From a virus (lineage: Duplodnaviria; Caudoviricetes), in IMG/VR virus record IMGVR_UViG_3300045282_000227, positions 2,013-66,012 of that record: a stretch of 64,000 nt of DNA; one strand, given 5' to 3'. Position 1 is the first letter of the stretch. Each line of letters starts with the position of its first letter. This document shows positions 28,368 through 38,923 of the stretch, piece after piece. The notes beneath the pieces are model-generated. The model was not told the DNA's origin and searched no databases. It saw only the letters and a list, made by a program, of their open reading frames with translations. The position numbers and the translations under genes are program-made.

Positions 28368-30116
28368 ATGGCCGACAAGAAACCCATTTATGTAGATGCC
28401 TCTGGTAATCTCGTAGTAATGCAGTCCGGCGACACCCTTGGCATTGCCAACGGTGGTACTGGCGCAACTACAGCAGCCGCTGCTCGAACCGGTCTCGGTT
28501 TGGCAATTGGTACAGACGTCCTCGCATACAGCCTTGACCTGACCAACCTCACGGCACTGAATACCACCACTGGTATTCCGGCTCGAACAGGTACGAACAC
28601 ATGGTCAATGCGCACCATCACTGGTAGCACCCGTGTCTCGGTCACCAACGGTGGCGGTGTTGCAGGTAACCCGACCCTCGACTTGAGCACATACTCAGAC
28701 GGTGGCGGTGGTTCATTCCTCAAATTCACTCGTGACTCACAAGGTCTGATCTCTGGTACGACAGCCGTCGTCCAAGGTGACATCACTACCTTGGTCAACT
28801 CGGTCTATGCACCGATCGCATCTCCGACGTTCACTGGTACGGTCACATTGCCGACTCAGACCCCATCTGCTGCTCTTGAAGCCGCATCCAAGGGTTACGT
28901 CGACGCAATGGTTGCTGGTCAGCGCGTCAAGGACGCCGTCCGAGTAGCAACCACAGCAACCGGTACCCTGTCAACAGCATACGAGAACGGTGACACCGTC
29001 GACGGCGTTGTCTTGGCAACCGGCGACCGCATCTTGATCAAGAACCAGACAACTGGTTCTGAAAACGGTGTTTACATTGTCGCGGCTTCTGGTACTCCGA
29101 CCCGTGCAACGGACTTCGACGGTAACAGCTCGACAGGTGAAGTGGTCGGTGGTGCAACATTCTGGGTCAATGAAGGTACAACCAACGGTGACACCGCTTG
29201 GACATTGACGAATGACGGCACAATCACTGTCAACACAACCTCTTTGACCTTCACCCAGTCTTCTGGCTTGGGTCAGGTCACTGCATCGGCTCCGTTGAGC
29301 AAGTCTGGTAACGTACTCAGCGCGACCCTCTCTGCTCGTATCGTCAACACCGCGAACGCCTTCGACTTGGCTTCTGGTATCGCAACCCCGGGTACCTACA
29401 CCAAGGTCACGGTCGATACCTATGGTCGTGTAACTCTAGGCGCAACTGCTGTTCCATCTGATATCGGTGCACAGCCTGTCGACACTGGTTTGACCAACAT
29501 CGCCGCCTTGACTGGTGCCGGTTACTTGGCATTCTCGGCTACCGACGTTGCGGTCATGCGTACCCTCACAGGCAGCGCACGAGTCACGGTCAGCAACGGT
29601 GACGGCACGACAGGTAACCCGGTATTCGACTTGGCATCTGGTGTCGTAACTCCAGGCACATACAACTCGGTCACGGTCGACACGTATGGTCGAGTCACTG
29701 CTGGTACATCGTCTGCATCGACATACTTGGCAGACAACTTCACCAACAACAATGCTGGTACGATCGTCATCGGTCGAGCTGTCTATGCAACTGGTACGAC
29801 AGACAAGGTCGACCTCGCAAACGCCAACGCATCGGGTACCAAGGACGTCATTGGCTTGGTCCAGGCGACAAGCATCGCATCGTCTGCATCGGGTTCGATC
29901 GCAGTCGACGGTATCATGGTCGCAACTACCGTCCAGTGGGACGTTGTCACTGGTCAGTCAGGTGGTTTGACTCCAGGCGCTCGTTACTTCTTGTCGAACT
30001 CAACGGCAGGTGCATTGACAACCACAGCACCGTCAACAGGTTACTTGTGTGACGTTGGTGTGGCAATGAGCACAACCAAGATGAAGCTCCGTTTCGGTCT
30101 ACCGGTTCAGTTGTAA
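28368..30116 (+). CDS. Tail fibre protein
   Basis: G/T/S-rich; ANGGTGATTAAAAR, GDRILIKNQ..ENGVY..RATD, two GTY..VTVDTYGRVT repeats. Confidence 0.85.
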   Translation: MADKKPIYVDASGNLVVMQSGDTLGIANGGTGATTAAAARTGLGLAIGTDVLAYSLDLTNLTALNTTTGIPARTGTNTWSMRTITGSTRVSVTNGGGVAGNPTLDLSTYSDGGGGSFLKFTRDSQGLISGTTAVVQGDITTLVNSVYAPIASPTFTGTVTLPTQTPSAALEAASKGYVDAMVAGQRVKDAVRVATTATGTLSTAYENGDTVDGVVLATGDRILIKNQTTGSENGVYIVAASGTPTRATDFDGNSSTGEVVGGATFWVNEGTTNGDTAWTLTNDGTITVNTTSLTFTQSSGLGQVTASAPLSKSGNVLSATLSARIVNTANAFDLASGIATPGTYTKVTVDTYGRVTLGATAVPSDIGAQPVDTGLTNIAALTGAGYLAFSATDVAVMRTLTGSARVTVSNGDGTTGNPVFDLASGVVTPGTYNSVTVDTYGRVTAGTSSASTYLADNFTNNNAGTIVIGRAVYATGTTDKVDLANANASGTKDVIGLVQATSIASSASGSIAVDGIMVATTVQWDVVTGQSGGLTPGARYFLSNSTAGALTTTAPSTGYLCDVGVAMSTTKMKLRFGLPVQL

Positions 30117-30138
30117 TATTCTTCCTTAGGGATTTAAC

Positions 30139-33100
30139 ATGGCTCTACGTAAACCTGTAGTCATCTCTGGCTCACCTCCCTATGTAGGCAATATTCAATC
30201 AGGCGACTCAATTGATCCCGTCTGGTTGAATCCACCAACAGGTACCGGCTTTGAGCATGTCACTGCCGGCGTTCGTGACTCTGCCGCATATGATCTATTC
30301 GGATCAGCCAATACCTGGACTGGTTCTGTCAATGACTTCCACATCGTCACGGGTACATTCTTCGGCGTAGGTGCATACAACCTCGTCGCAGCCTATAACT
30401 CAGAAACTACAACCAACGGCGTCGGTGCATTCGGCGCCTCTATGTTCCGTGAAGTCACGGCTATTGGTACAGGTTGGACAGCAGCCGCCACCTATAATTC
30501 TTTCTATAGCAACCCCTCTGTCACAGGCACAGGTTCTAATCCATTAGTTGGATCCTTGAACGCTTTCGTGGCCGCTGGCGCGACCATTGCAGTTGGTTCT
30601 ACCATCCCAGAACAGGATGGTTTCAAAGTTGCAGCCGGTGTCACCAATGGTACTCTGAACTATGGTTTCCGTGGACTACTAGCGGCCGATCCGGGTTCGC
30701 CGACATCATACACGGCTAGAACAATCACCAACGTCGCAGTCACTTCAAACGTCGTCACTGTCACGACATCAGCTGCTCACGGATTCACGGTTGGTCAGAT
30801 TGTCACGGTTGGTGCCAACACGAACGTATCGATCAATGGTTCGGCTATCGTCATTGCGTCGACCCCATTGACAACAACCTTCACGTATGCCCGTACGATG
30901 GGCAACATCACTTCTGGCGCAGACACTGGTACGGTTACACCGAATCAGCGCTGGAACCTGTACATGGATGGCGCGGCTCGAAACTATATCTCGACTGTCT
31001 TGATTGGTTCGACGACTGACTCTCTAAGTGGTGCCAAACTCCAGGTCAACGGGACCAGTGAATTCAACGGCAACGTCTCGATATCATCTACGACGAACTA
31101 CTTCAGAACCTATGGTGGCGGTGCAAGCCTCATGGGATACAAGGCCGGCGCAGACTCTGGCTTCACTGCATCGGTTGGTTTCTTCACTGGTGATCCAGGT
31201 ACAGCTGCCAACCAGCGTTGGGCGATTGCTAAATCAGCTGCCACAGAAACAGGTTCCAACGTCGGTTCGAATCTTGAAATCTATGGTTACAGTGACACGG
31301 GTTCATTCCTGGGTACATGGCTCAGCCTCGGCCGTTCGACAGGTAACATTGGTCTAGGTGGTTCTGCTTCGGCATCAATAGCATGCTATCTACAAGGATC
31401 GGCATCTGGTGGCACGGCATTGACAGGTTACCGCAACGTCCAGGCGGTACAGTCCGACGTCACTACACAGTATGTCAGCTACCACAGCATGCTGAATACG
31501 CTGGCCTCGCCGTTCGTGCTTGGTGCCTACTATCACTACTTGACGGCTGTCAACCTCCGCGGTCAGGCTTCTATCGTCACCAACCACTATGGATTCATCA
31601 CCCATGCAATGGCGGAAGGTACGAACAACTATGGCTACATGGGTCAGGTAGTTGTCGAGCCAGGTTCACCGACCACCTTTGCCAACAAGACGATCAGCAA
31701 CGTAGCCGTCACTTCAAACGTCGTTACCATCACAACTTCAACGGCCCACGGTTACACGGTCGGTCAGGTTGTAACAGTGAACTGCGGAACCAACACACAG
31801 TTGAATGGCTCCGGCATCACCATTGCATCGACTCCGTTGACGACCACTTTCACGTATGCATTGACAACAGCGAACGTCACTTCTGTGGCCGACACAGGCA
31901 CAGTGACACCTAACCGTCGTTGGAACCTGTATATGAACGGTACGGCCAACAACTACTTGAATGGTAGGTTGTTGCTAGGTAGCAACACAGACGATGGTAC
32001 CAACCAGCTACAGGTAACTGGCACATCGACCTTCACAGGACAGATCACGTCGACACTGGCGATAGGTACAGCCCCGTTCGCCGTGACGTCGACGACCAAG
32101 GTCACCAACCTCAACTCTGATTATCTCCAAGGTTTGCAGCTTGGACAGAGCGGCACGGCAATCCCACAGCTCAACTTATCAAATCAGTGGGGTGCTACTC
32201 AGAGATTCAATGCCACAATTTCTGTGGGTGCTGCACCGTCTCTAGACAAATCCTTCTGGTCAAGCTATGCAACCTATGGTGGCGTAGGCACCACCTATGG
32301 TATATCGATGGAAGACGTGGCAGCGTCGGCCAACACTACCGCATATATCAACTTCAGAGCAATGGGCACAACATCTGCCAATGCTTTCACCATGGTGAAC
32401 TACTATGGTTTTCAGTGTGCAACGATTACCAAGGGTGCTGGTTCGACCATCACCAATCACAATGGTTTCTATGCAGCTGACCAAACAGACGCGACCAACG
32501 TCTATGGCTTCTATGGTAACGTAGCTTCTGGTTCGACCAAGCGTAACCTATACATGGTTGGTACGGCCATCAACCACTTGGCCGGCGCGTTGATGATCGG
32601 TTCGAACACCGATGACACAGTAAGTAAGCTCCAGGTCACAGGTGACACCAAGCTAACTGGTAAGCTAGGTCTGACGGATTTGATGACCTTTGCAACAGGT
32701 ACGACGTCGTTGGCAGCATACAATGTCCCAGCTGGTACCTTGAAGACCACGCCGGTCGCGGGTGACAATGAATTTGATGGTGTCAACTTCTATGCAACCA
32801 TTGACACGACCAGCAAGCGCGGTTGCATTCCGGTCGAACAGTACTTCCATCTCACGGCCGACGGCTCGAACATCACGACAACGATTGCCAACTTCTTCGG
32901 CACCACCTCGAACATCTCATTAGTGGCCAGCGCCTACTATGACATTGAAATGATGCTGGTCTTCACCAAGACGACCACAGAAGCTCTGACCATCACACTC
33001 ACGAATTCTGCAGCGCCGACCTCCCAGAACATCTATTGGGAAGAAAGCCCAGCATCTGGTTTGGTCGCACCACCGGGTACGGCTACGGCATTGACGGGCT

Positions 33101-33321
33101 TTGTACGCAACGACGCAACAGCAGCCAAGGCAATCGTCACGGCGTCGTTGACAACTGCCACAGACCATTACATCTACATCAGGATTCAACTCAAGAACGG
33201 TACGGGTACGTCCTTGAAGATCCAGGCAACCAATCCGGCAGGTAGCATCACGCCACGCCTTGGTTCGTTCTGGCGTTGCCGTCGCATGAGCCCAAACAAC
33301 GTGGGTACATTCGCAGCATAA
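30139..33321 (+). CDS. Long tail fibre / receptor-binding protein with internal repeats
   Basis: 1060 aa, T/G/S/N rich, duplicated ~95-aa module and three NLYM.G.A.N repeats. Confidence 0.8.
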   Translation: MALRKPVVISGSPPYVGNIQSGDSIDPVWLNPPTGTGFEHVTAGVRDSAAYDLFGSANTWTGSVNDFHIVTGTFFGVGAYNLVAAYNSETTTNGVGAFGASMFREVTAIGTGWTAAATYNSFYSNPSVTGTGSNPLVGSLNAFVAAGATIAVGSTIPEQDGFKVAAGVTNGTLNYGFRGLLAADPGSPTSYTARTITNVAVTSNVVTVTTSAAHGFTVGQIVTVGANTNVSINGSAIVIASTPLTTTFTYARTMGNITSGADTGTVTPNQRWNLYMDGAARNYISTVLIGSTTDSLSGAKLQVNGTSEFNGNVSISSTTNYFRTYGGGASLMGYKAGADSGFTASVGFFTGDPGTAANQRWAIAKSAATETGSNVGSNLEIYGYSDTGSFLGTWLSLGRSTGNIGLGGSASASIACYLQGSASGGTALTGYRNVQAVQSDVTTQYVSYHSMLNTLASPFVLGAYYHYLTAVNLRGQASIVTNHYGFITHAMAEGTNNYGYMGQVVVEPGSPTTFANKTISNVAVTSNVVTITTSTAHGYTVGQVVTVNCGTNTQLNGSGITIASTPLTTTFTYALTTANVTSVADTGTVTPNRRWNLYMNGTANNYLNGRLLLGSNTDDGTNQLQVTGTSTFTGQITSTLAIGTAPFAVTSTTKVTNLNSDYLQGLQLGQSGTAIPQLNLSNQWGATQRFNATISVGAAPSLDKSFWSSYATYGGVGTTYGISMEDVAASANTTAYINFRAMGTTSANAFTMVNYYGFQCATITKGAGSTITNHNGFYAADQTDATNVYGFYGNVASGSTKRNLYMVGTAINHLAGALMIGSNTDDTVSKLQVTGDTKLTGKLGLTDLMTFATGTTSLAAYNVPAGTLKTTPVAGDNEFDGVNFYATIDTTSKRGCIPVEQYFHLTADGSNITTTIANFFGTTSNISLVASAYYDIEMMLVFTKTTTEALTITLTNSAAPTSQNIYWEESPASGLVAPPGTATALTGFVRNDATAAKAIVTASLTTATDHYIYIRIQLKNGTGTSLKIQATNPAGSITPRLGSFWRCRRMSPNNVGTFAA

Positions 33322-33416
33322 GATATACAATATGTCAGAAGTCTTTGACTTCCGTGTTCGAAATCCGTTATACTCTGATTTATAAAGAAGTACCACCAAC
33401 CAAAGAGGCTCTATCA

Positions 33417-33632
33417 ATGAACCAACCAGTGAACCAACCTACGAACCAAGACATCGTCGCCTTGACCATGCCGATCCAACTCGTGAATGCGATTCTCCAG
33501 TACCTCGGCACCAAGCCGTATCTGGAAGTCCGTGGTCTGGTTGACGCCGTTCAAGCCGAAGGTCAGCCGCACTTCAAGGAACCGCCGCAGGCAGCACCGG
33601 CCGTCGTTCCAGCAGCCGAGCCTTCAACGTGA
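33417..33632 (+). CDS. Small protein, possible tail-fibre chaperone
   Basis: Follows fibre; VNAILQYLGTKPYLEV pattern. Confidence 0.55.
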   Translation: MNQPVNQPTNQDIVALTMPIQLVNAILQYLGTKPYLEVRGLVDAVQAEGQPHFKEPPQAAPAVVPAAEPST

Positions 33633-34138
33633 AGGCCCTTCTGGTTTTCCTCCTTTGCTTCTCGATGCAATGTCAAGCAGTGGAGGAAGATTGGATACCG
33701 ATTCCCTCGCCATATTTTCCAGCAGCAACACAAGAAGTCCAGACACCGGACGTTGATCTACAAGAACAACTCTGTCTACAAAAGAACATCTACTACGAGG
33801 CACGTGGCGAAGGTGTAGAGGGAATGAAGGCCGTGGCGGCGGTCGTGATGAATCGAACCAAGAGCGGCCGCTTTCCAGACACAGCGTGCGGAGTGGTGTA
33901 TCAGAAGTACAAGAAGACCTGCCAGTTCTCTTGGGTCTGTCATCCGCAGAAAGTCAAGATGGTTCCGACACTCTGGGACGAGGCAGGAGAGATAGCCCGA
34001 GATGCACTTTCGGGACAATTGATTCACCGAGTCGGCGCGGCGATGTTCTTCCACAATCGTCACATCAGACCAAGATGGGCAAGTCAAATGACCAGAGTCG
34101 CTACAATCTCTGGTCATATCTTCTATAGGTATCGATAG
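33629..34138 (+). CDS. SleB-like cell wall hydrolase (Hydrolase_2)
   Basis: NIYYEARGE..AVAAVVMNR..FP.T.CGVVYQ..CQFSW..GHIFY; signal peptide. Confidence 0.93.
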   Translation: MKALLVFLLCFSMQCQAVEEDWIPIPSPYFPAATQEVQTPDVDLQEQLCLQKNIYYEARGEGVEGMKAVAAVVMNRTKSGRFPDTACGVVYQKYKKTCQFSWVCHPQKVKMVPTLWDEAGEIARDALSGQLIHRVGAAMFFHNRHIRPRWASQMTRVATISGHIFYRYR

Positions 34139-34375
34139 TCAAATGGAGATCGCAGCCATGAAGTTCGGTGTCGTTCATTACATGAAGGATCTCGAAGAAG
34201 AGTTTGCAGTTTTCTTGATTGACAAGACATGGACGTCTGGTCCGGTGGTACGCAACGAATATGGTGAACCCGTGATGAAGTTCACCGGCACTCGATTGAC
34301 GGCGCTCGAGAAGATGGCCCGTCCAGGAACCTTCCATGTCTTCTTGAATTCAATCGACAATCTTCGAGAATCCGC

Positions 34376-34404
34376 TTGACATTTGGTGAGTTTTAATACA
34401 TAAT
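34376..34404 (+). promoter_or_regulatory. sigma70-type promoter
   Basis: TTGACA-17-CATAAT. Confidence 0.75.
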
Positions 34405-34430
34405 CGTTCTACCAAATAACGGATTCTACC

Positions 34431-35558
34431 ATGTACAAGTTAGCCCAGTTCCGCGAAGCTCTCAAGGATATCAAGGAAGTTCGGCTCGCGGAAGAAGTCG
34501 TAAATGGTCGTAGCTTTACCATCGTCTCGTACATGGTATCGAACGACGACATCTGGAAGATCCGCGAGGGTCTCGAATCCCGCGGTACGACCTTCGACAC
34601 CGAAACCGGCGAAGTCGTTTCGTTGCCGTTCGAGAAATTCTTCAACGTCGGCGAAAAGGCCCAGACTCAGCCGCACATGGTCCAGGAAGACATGTACGAC
34701 GGCTTCTATGTCGCAGAGAAGCGCGACGGCTCGATGATCACTCCAGTGGTTGTCGACGGTGATGTCTTCCTCAAGACCAAGAAATCATTCACTTCGGACG
34801 TTGCTAAGCAAGCACAGGCGGCGATGCCGGAGAACGTCGAGAACTTCTGCCATCTCATGTGGCAGTTGGGCATCTGCCCGATATTCGAGTTCACTTGCCC
34901 AGACAACAAGGTCGTTCTTGACTACGGCTCCGAGCCGAAGTTCGTCCTACTCGCGGCGCGCTTCTTGAACAACGGCGTCTATGCAAGTCGCGATTGGCTT
35001 GAGAGCCAGGCATTCTTCCATGAACTCGAGTTGGTTCCGTTGAATGACTTCGAGAACCTCCAGAGCATCTTCGAGCACGCTGCCCTTGTCGAGGGTGTCG
35101 AGGGTTGGGTGATCTACACCACCCGAAGCCGCTACAAGGTCAAGACCCAATGGTACATCGACCGTCACGGCCTGATCGATATCCGTGAGCGTGACATTGC
35201 CGAAATGGCGCTCGACGACAAGCTCGACGACCTGAAGTCCAACATCGCCCAGATCGGTGGTGACATCGAACGTGTCTGTACTATCGAACACGAAGTCTCG
35301 GACGCTGTCTGGCAGCTTTCACAGGAAGCTCGAACCCTTGCCAATGAAGCGATGTGTCTTCCAGTGGGTCGTGAACGTGCGGCTTTCATCAAGGCACGTG
35401 CTGGCGAACTCGAGAAGCTCGTATTCAAGCTCTGCTCGCATGGTCCGAATTATGACCTCGACGATCTCTTGAAGAACATCTACCGCCGGAACTACCTGAA
35501 GTCGTGGTCGTTGCGTTCGGTCGGCAACCCAAATTTCAGTCCCTCTGAGGAAGATTAA
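34431..35558 (+). CDS. rnlA: RNA ligase 1 (T4 RnlA/gp63-like)
   Basis: ESRG..PFEKFFNVGE..EKRDGSMI..FE..EGWV..KVKTQWY. Confidence 0.9.
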   Translation: MYKLAQFREALKDIKEVRLAEEVVNGRSFTIVSYMVSNDDIWKIREGLESRGTTFDTETGEVVSLPFEKFFNVGEKAQTQPHMVQEDMYDGFYVAEKRDGSMITPVVVDGDVFLKTKKSFTSDVAKQAQAAMPENVENFCHLMWQLGICPIFEFTCPDNKVVLDYGSEPKFVLLAARFLNNGVYASRDWLESQAFFHELELVPLNDFENLQSIFEHAALVEGVEGWVIYTTRSRYKVKTQWYIDRHGLIDIRERDIAEMALDDKLDDLKSNIAQIGGDIERVCTIEHEVSDAVWQLSQEARTLANEAMCLPVGRERAAFIKARAGELEKLVFKLCSHGPNYDLDDLLKNIYRRNYLKSWSLRSVGNPNFSPSEED

Positions 35559-36209
35559 TGAAAGATAGAGCCATTGGTGTCTTCGCCGCCAGGAGTCTGG
35601 TCCCAGTGATGCTGGCGGCGATCGAGATCCTTGACAAGAACGCAAAGGAACTGTCACAGACATTCCTCGAGGCGGCCGAGGATCACTATGACGAACGCGA
35701 GCATAAAGGTCGTTCGTGGTGGCAGTTCTGGGTTCCGAAGATCAAAGACTTCGTCCTGCGCGAAGAACTGAATCTCATGGAACCGCTGAAGAATTTCGAT
35801 GCTCCAGACACAGACTTCGACGAAGACTACTATAATGCCTGGTACCAATTCCAGAATCTATACAATCGTGACATCGAAGGCTACAACGATGCCGTGACAA
35901 TCCTTGAGAGTATGACGGAAGGCGGTGCGGAGTTCATCCACATGTCAACCGAACTGTTCTACAAGTACTACAATCTGGTCAACCGTGAAGAGGAAGATGA
36001 AAATGCAGAGTGAACCGAACACCGTCGAAGTCCCCGAAGAGCAGATCCCTTCGCCCGAACAGCAAGAGCGCATCAAGGCATTTCTTCGGCAGCTCGAAAA
36101 GAAATCACTGGTCAAGGCCCAGCGTCGCATCCATGCCTTGAAGAAGCAGAGGCGAGTTCGGGTTCGCAACAAGATCGCCCGTGCGTCTCGGAAAGCCAAC
36201 CGCGTCTAA
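35558..36209 (+). CDS. Two hypothetical proteins (35558-36013; 36003-36209)
   Basis: Coupled ORFs; second is highly basic. Confidence 0.6.
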
Positions 36210-36218
36210 GGAACTTCG

Positions 36219-36752
36219 ATGGACGAGCATAACGTGGCGCCGAGGAACAAAGTCAAGACACTGATTGAGGAGATTATCTTCAACGCGCGATGGCTCCTGA
36301 TTCCGTTCTATTTCGGCTTGATCCTGGTATTGTGCCTGTATGAATTCGCATTCGCGAGACAGGTGCTGTCGATGTTCTCGCTGGACAAGATCACCACCGA
36401 GACAATGATGTTGGTGGTGCTCGAAGCCGTCGACGTTGTGATGATTGCGAATCTGGTCAAGATGATCATCTCCGGATCATACAACTCGTTCGTCACCAAG
36501 GACCATGGCTACCAAGGCGAGAACGCCTCGAGCGGAATGCTCAAGGTCAAGATGTCGATGTCAATCATCGGCGTCTCATCCATCCACCTCTTGCAGACAT
36601 TCGTCGAGGCAGCACACGTCCCGATGGAAGTCATTGTCAAGAAATTGCTCATCCATGGAACATTCATCGTCGGCACCTTGGTGATCGCTGTCGTCGAATA
36701 TCTACATGTCAAGGGCGATGCACTAGAAAACTCTGAATCCATCCACAAGTGA
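36219..36752 (+). CDS. UPF0114/YqhA-family membrane protein
   Basis: RWLLIPFYFGL..VDVVMIANLVKMIISGSY..FV..LKVK...SIIGVSSIHLLQTF. Confidence 0.88.
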   Translation: MDEHNVAPRNKVKTLIEEIIFNARWLLIPFYFGLILVLCLYEFAFARQVLSMFSLDKITTETMMLVVLEAVDVVMIANLVKMIISGSYNSFVTKDHGYQGENASSGMLKVKMSMSIIGVSSIHLLQTFVEAAHVPMEVIVKKLLIHGTFIVGTLVIAVVEYLHVKGDALENSESIHK

Positions 36753-36760
36753 GGTCTACC

Positions 36761-37306
36761 ATGCGTCTACACACCATTCTCGCCGTTGCATTGGTCGTCG
36801 GTCTCTCGGGTTGCCATCTGCCCGACCAACAGCATCACCAGGTCGCAGAGACGAGTACAGTCCATGTTCGTCAAGTGTCCAACTCGACCGACAACACGCT
36901 GCTCTGGTACTACATCTTGTTCTCGAGTCCCAGTTCAAGCACCTGCCCTTGCTATGTTGCATCGAGTCCGACACGAACCAGTGATATGTCTTCACTGAGC
37001 TTCACACGTTCGCCATCACTTCCGAGCGACGCAGGCTATGGTGGTAAGGATGGCACAACGACCGTCGAGAAAGAAGAGACGGAAGAAGTGGCCACTGAGG
37101 AACTACCCGAAGCCACTCAAGCAGAACTGGTCCAAGATGAAATGACCGACGGTGCCAGCGAGGAAGTCGAAGCAGCGCCAGCCACACCTGCCGAGGAACC
37201 GGCTGAATCTCAAGAATCCTCAAGCGACTCTTCGAACGACACGTCAAGCGACAGTGGTTCGAGTGGCGGTGATTCCGGCGGTGGTGACTCAGGTGGCGGC
37301 GAGTAA
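36761..37306 (+). CDS. Predicted lipoprotein with acidic Ser/Gly low-complexity tail
   Basis: Lipobox LSGC; DSGGG repeats at C-terminus. Confidence 0.7.
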   Translation: MRLHTILAVALVVGLSGCHLPDQQHHQVAETSTVHVRQVSNSTDNTLLWYYILFSSPSSSTCPCYVASSPTRTSDMSSLSFTRSPSLPSDAGYGGKDGTTTVEKEETEEVATEELPEATQAELVQDEMTDGASEEVEAAPATPAEEPAESQESSSDSSNDTSSDSGSSGGDSGGGDSGGGE

Positions 37307-37324
37307 ATCTTTTCAAAGAAACTC

Positions 37325-37353
37325 TTGACAGGTGACATACATTATCATATACT
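37325..37353 (+). promoter_or_regulatory. sigma70-type early promoter
   Basis: TTGACA-17-TATACT. Confidence 0.8.
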
Positions 37354-37388
37354 CTTTCTGTGGTAGGAATTAACCAAAGAGAATTGAA

Positions 37389-38704
37389 ATGACCTTTGAA
37401 GAGTTCTTTGCTAAGAAGTTTCCGGATACCTCGGCATTGGTTCCGGTGATGGTTGCAGCTTTCCGAGAAATCGCCGAGGAAGCATACAACGCGGGCCGCG
37501 AAGACGGCTACGACGATGGCTATGACGCCGGGTACGATGTGGCGTATTCCATCCACGGAGAAGGCCCGTGACCTACGATGACTTCGCTGGTCGCCCATTC
37601 CCCGGCAAGAAGCCGCAAGACCTCGTCTCCCTAAGGAAGAATGCCATGAACAGGCCGTATGTGGAATATCGTACCACCTTGCAGAAGATGGATTACGATC
37701 GTCTCTTGGTCGAAGCCCGCGATGTCTGGGCAATCGACCATCCCGAAACCATGCAGGCCAAAGAGCTGATCGAAGTGATGGTCGGCCGTGACGAAGACGA
37801 GTGGAGCCGCGGACGATGAGCGAGTTCATGGCAGAAACCAAAAAGCGCGACACCGAGCGACGTGCCCAAGCACTCGATCCGGCCGAAGCTCTCTCCAAGG
37901 CCCAAGAGTTCGTCCAGAACAATCTCTTCGAACTCTGCAACGAGGCGCTGCTCTTGAACATCGGCCAGTACCACGACAAGGACGGCAAGTTCTTGCAACT
38001 GGTAGAGATCTTGAAAGACATCACTGCCAACAACGCACACGCCGTGGCACGTACTCTAGTTGCCGAGCGTGCGATGCGGACGATCGCAGAGGGCATATGA
38101 AATCCGAATACGGAAATTGCATGACCTGTCAGGTTGAATTGGGTCATGTTGACGAGGATCCAAACGGTGACATCGGCACCAAATGCGCACGGTGTCTTGC
38201 CGAAGAGGAACACGATTTCGACGTGCTGCGCGACGCCGAGTATGACCGTTCTGGAAATCTCATCGAGCGCATCCAGAACGAGCTGGCTACGGAAAAGGAA
38301 CAGCTGCGCGACGAACGAGTCGTCGCCATTCTTGAAGACCGACGCCAGAAGATGTATGCTGCCATGACGGCTATCTTCGAAATCGAGAAAACCTATCCAA
38401 CCGACAGTTGGGAACGCAGGTTTGCATTCCGTGCTCGCTGTGAGCTCGGATACCTGGAGGACATCATCCTCCGCGATATAGGAATCAGATCATGAAACTT
38501 GACAGATGGGGCGCATTCATTCTTGGCGTCAATCTAGGTGTCTGGCTCGTGATAGCTGGCAGTTTCATATCCGGCGACCGGGCCATTGTGCAGAAGGCGC
38601 ACATTTCACAGAAGCAATGTGAGGCTCGACTCCCACGCGATCAACACTGTGTCATGGCATACATGCCAGAATTTCTGATGAAGGAGCCAGCTGATGGCAA
38701 ATGA
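37389..38704 (+). CDS. Array of five small hypothetical ORFs
   Basis: Coupled ORFs at 37389, 37568, ~37816, 38097, 38492. Confidence 0.55.
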
Positions 38705-38915
38705 AGTCGAACGTCGTACGCAAGAAAAGCCTGCGACAACCTGGCAAGAACGCGTTCTTGATGAACGCAAAGATCTGACCTACAAGATCGAGGCGCTGGC
38801 CAGGTTCCTATTCAAGATGGATTCGAACGATTCCCGGTTCGGCATCTTGAATCGCCAGTTCAATGCGATGATCACGTACCAAGGTATCTTGGACGAACGC
38901 ATCGCTCAATTCTAG
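38694..38915 (+). CDS. crAss001_48-like two-helix protein
   Basis: QERV..E..DL..KI.AL..FL...L..Q..AM..Y..IL.ERIAQF. Confidence 0.7.
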   Translation: MANEVERRTQEKPATTWQERVLDERKDLTYKIEALARFLFKMDSNDSRFGILNRQFNAMITYQGILDERIAQF

Positions 38916-38923
38916 GAACCGTC

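Noticed and set aside
37492-37540. GREDGYDDGYDAGYD short repeat
   Set aside because: A common GxxxG-type low-complexity helix in small phage proteins; not distinctive
37002-38213. Long antisense ORFs (403 aa here; also 43203-44039, 54917-55783, 14025-14852, 16311-17081)
   Set aside because: They shadow well-supported + strand genes, lack RBSs and motifs, and are expected from the codon bias
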